Below are positions 63,187 through 64,000 of a DNA stretch of 64,000 nt, in pieces. The position numbers were made by a program, and so were the translations under genes. How positions within the stretch are numbered: position 1 is the stretch's first letter; each line of letters starts with the position of its first letter. This stretch comes from Owenia fusiformis. Taxonomy: Eukaryota. The notes beneath the pieces were generated by a model that worked only from the letters and a program-made list of their open reading frames with translations, ran no database searches and was not told the DNA's origin. The stretch covers positions 47,058,001 through 47,122,000 of the forward strand of contig CAIIXF020000001.1 in NCBI GenBank assembly GCA_903813345.2. The letters are read 5' to 3'.

Positions 63187-64000
63187 GTAAGTTCTTGAAG
63201 AGGATCATGCTCTTTGAACGGGACAAGGGTGCATAACGCCAAGACCTTAATGTTGTAATCTATTATTGATTTATATGTTTGGAGGGAGAGGGCAAAGTCC
63301 ATTATGTTTTATTAGTGCTTATCAATTTGCAAAAGAAAACATCTTTTTGAAAACTTTTACATGTTAAAAACATATTTTAGGGGTGCGGGTCATTATTAAA
63401 TGTCATCGTGCAATTATATTTATTTGTAGAGGTTGGGTTCATTGATATTGAAATATTGACCTTGTCCTTAAATCAAGCCTTAGTTTTGACTAAATTACAA
63501 CCGAATTGTTTCATATCGATTTATGATGCATGTACAATGCACATGTATGTAATCTATTGTATGTTATTGTAAGAGTAAGCACAATGTGCTCCTTGTCATT
63601 ATGTCCCACATGTGATTGATTCATTCCAAACGTTAAGTTATTAGATATTCAAAATTGTTTGTGCATTTATGAACTCTTAGTGAGAATCTGATGTAATATA
63701 CTTTGATTAGAAATCTTGTGTTAAACAAAGATTATTGTGCATTAATACTAAATAGTTATCATATAGGCTCTTGCATACTTTAAATTGATTGACTAGAGGT
63801 ACCTGACAGGTCAATTTAAACTTCCTGGTCAAACCAGTTCTTTTGTTTTACAAGCAATAAACATTTCCAATCATTCTTGATTCCTGATTCCTTTTGATGA
63901 ACCAAATGAAGTAGGGGTTATTGGTAACATTGGCTAGATTTAGGATATCTTACTTTGAAGGCAGCAAATGTTTGTAAACAAAATCGGAAGAAGTTTTTAA

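Overview
AT-rich, intron-containing animal genomic DNA (lophotrochozoan; a polychaete annelid is inferred, not proven). A four-gene block occurs twice in the same orientation: carotenoid-cleavage oxygenase (BCO/RPE65 family, +), an orphan 267-aa ORF (+), a 5-exon CYP2-clan P450 (-) and an intronless 2-TM PY-motif protein (+). Copy 1 spans <1-19500 and copy 2 spans ~36660-52980; they differ by roughly 2% in coding sequence and by several copy-specific transposon insertions, so a haplotype mis-assembly cannot be excluded. In copy 1 the 267-aa gene is also duplicated locally, and one of those copies is destroyed by a CR1/L2-type LINE whose ORF has a hydrophobic leader and a 2A-like motif. Between the blocks lie a frameshifted orphan exon, a decayed Academ-like transposon and the most interesting gene, which the ORF track shows only as fragments: a 6-exon BRICHOS precursor (261 aa). 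It ends in a furin site followed by a predicted amidated, cationic, aromatic, 6-Cys beta-hairpin peptide (GYRCGWICNVRLGCCPWRYRYYCGFRCVWSW-NH2), a candidate new arenicin/alvinellacin-class antimicrobial peptide. The window ends in the first three exons of acetyl-CoA synthetase (ACSS2-like). All gene models were spliced by eye and no database searches were run.
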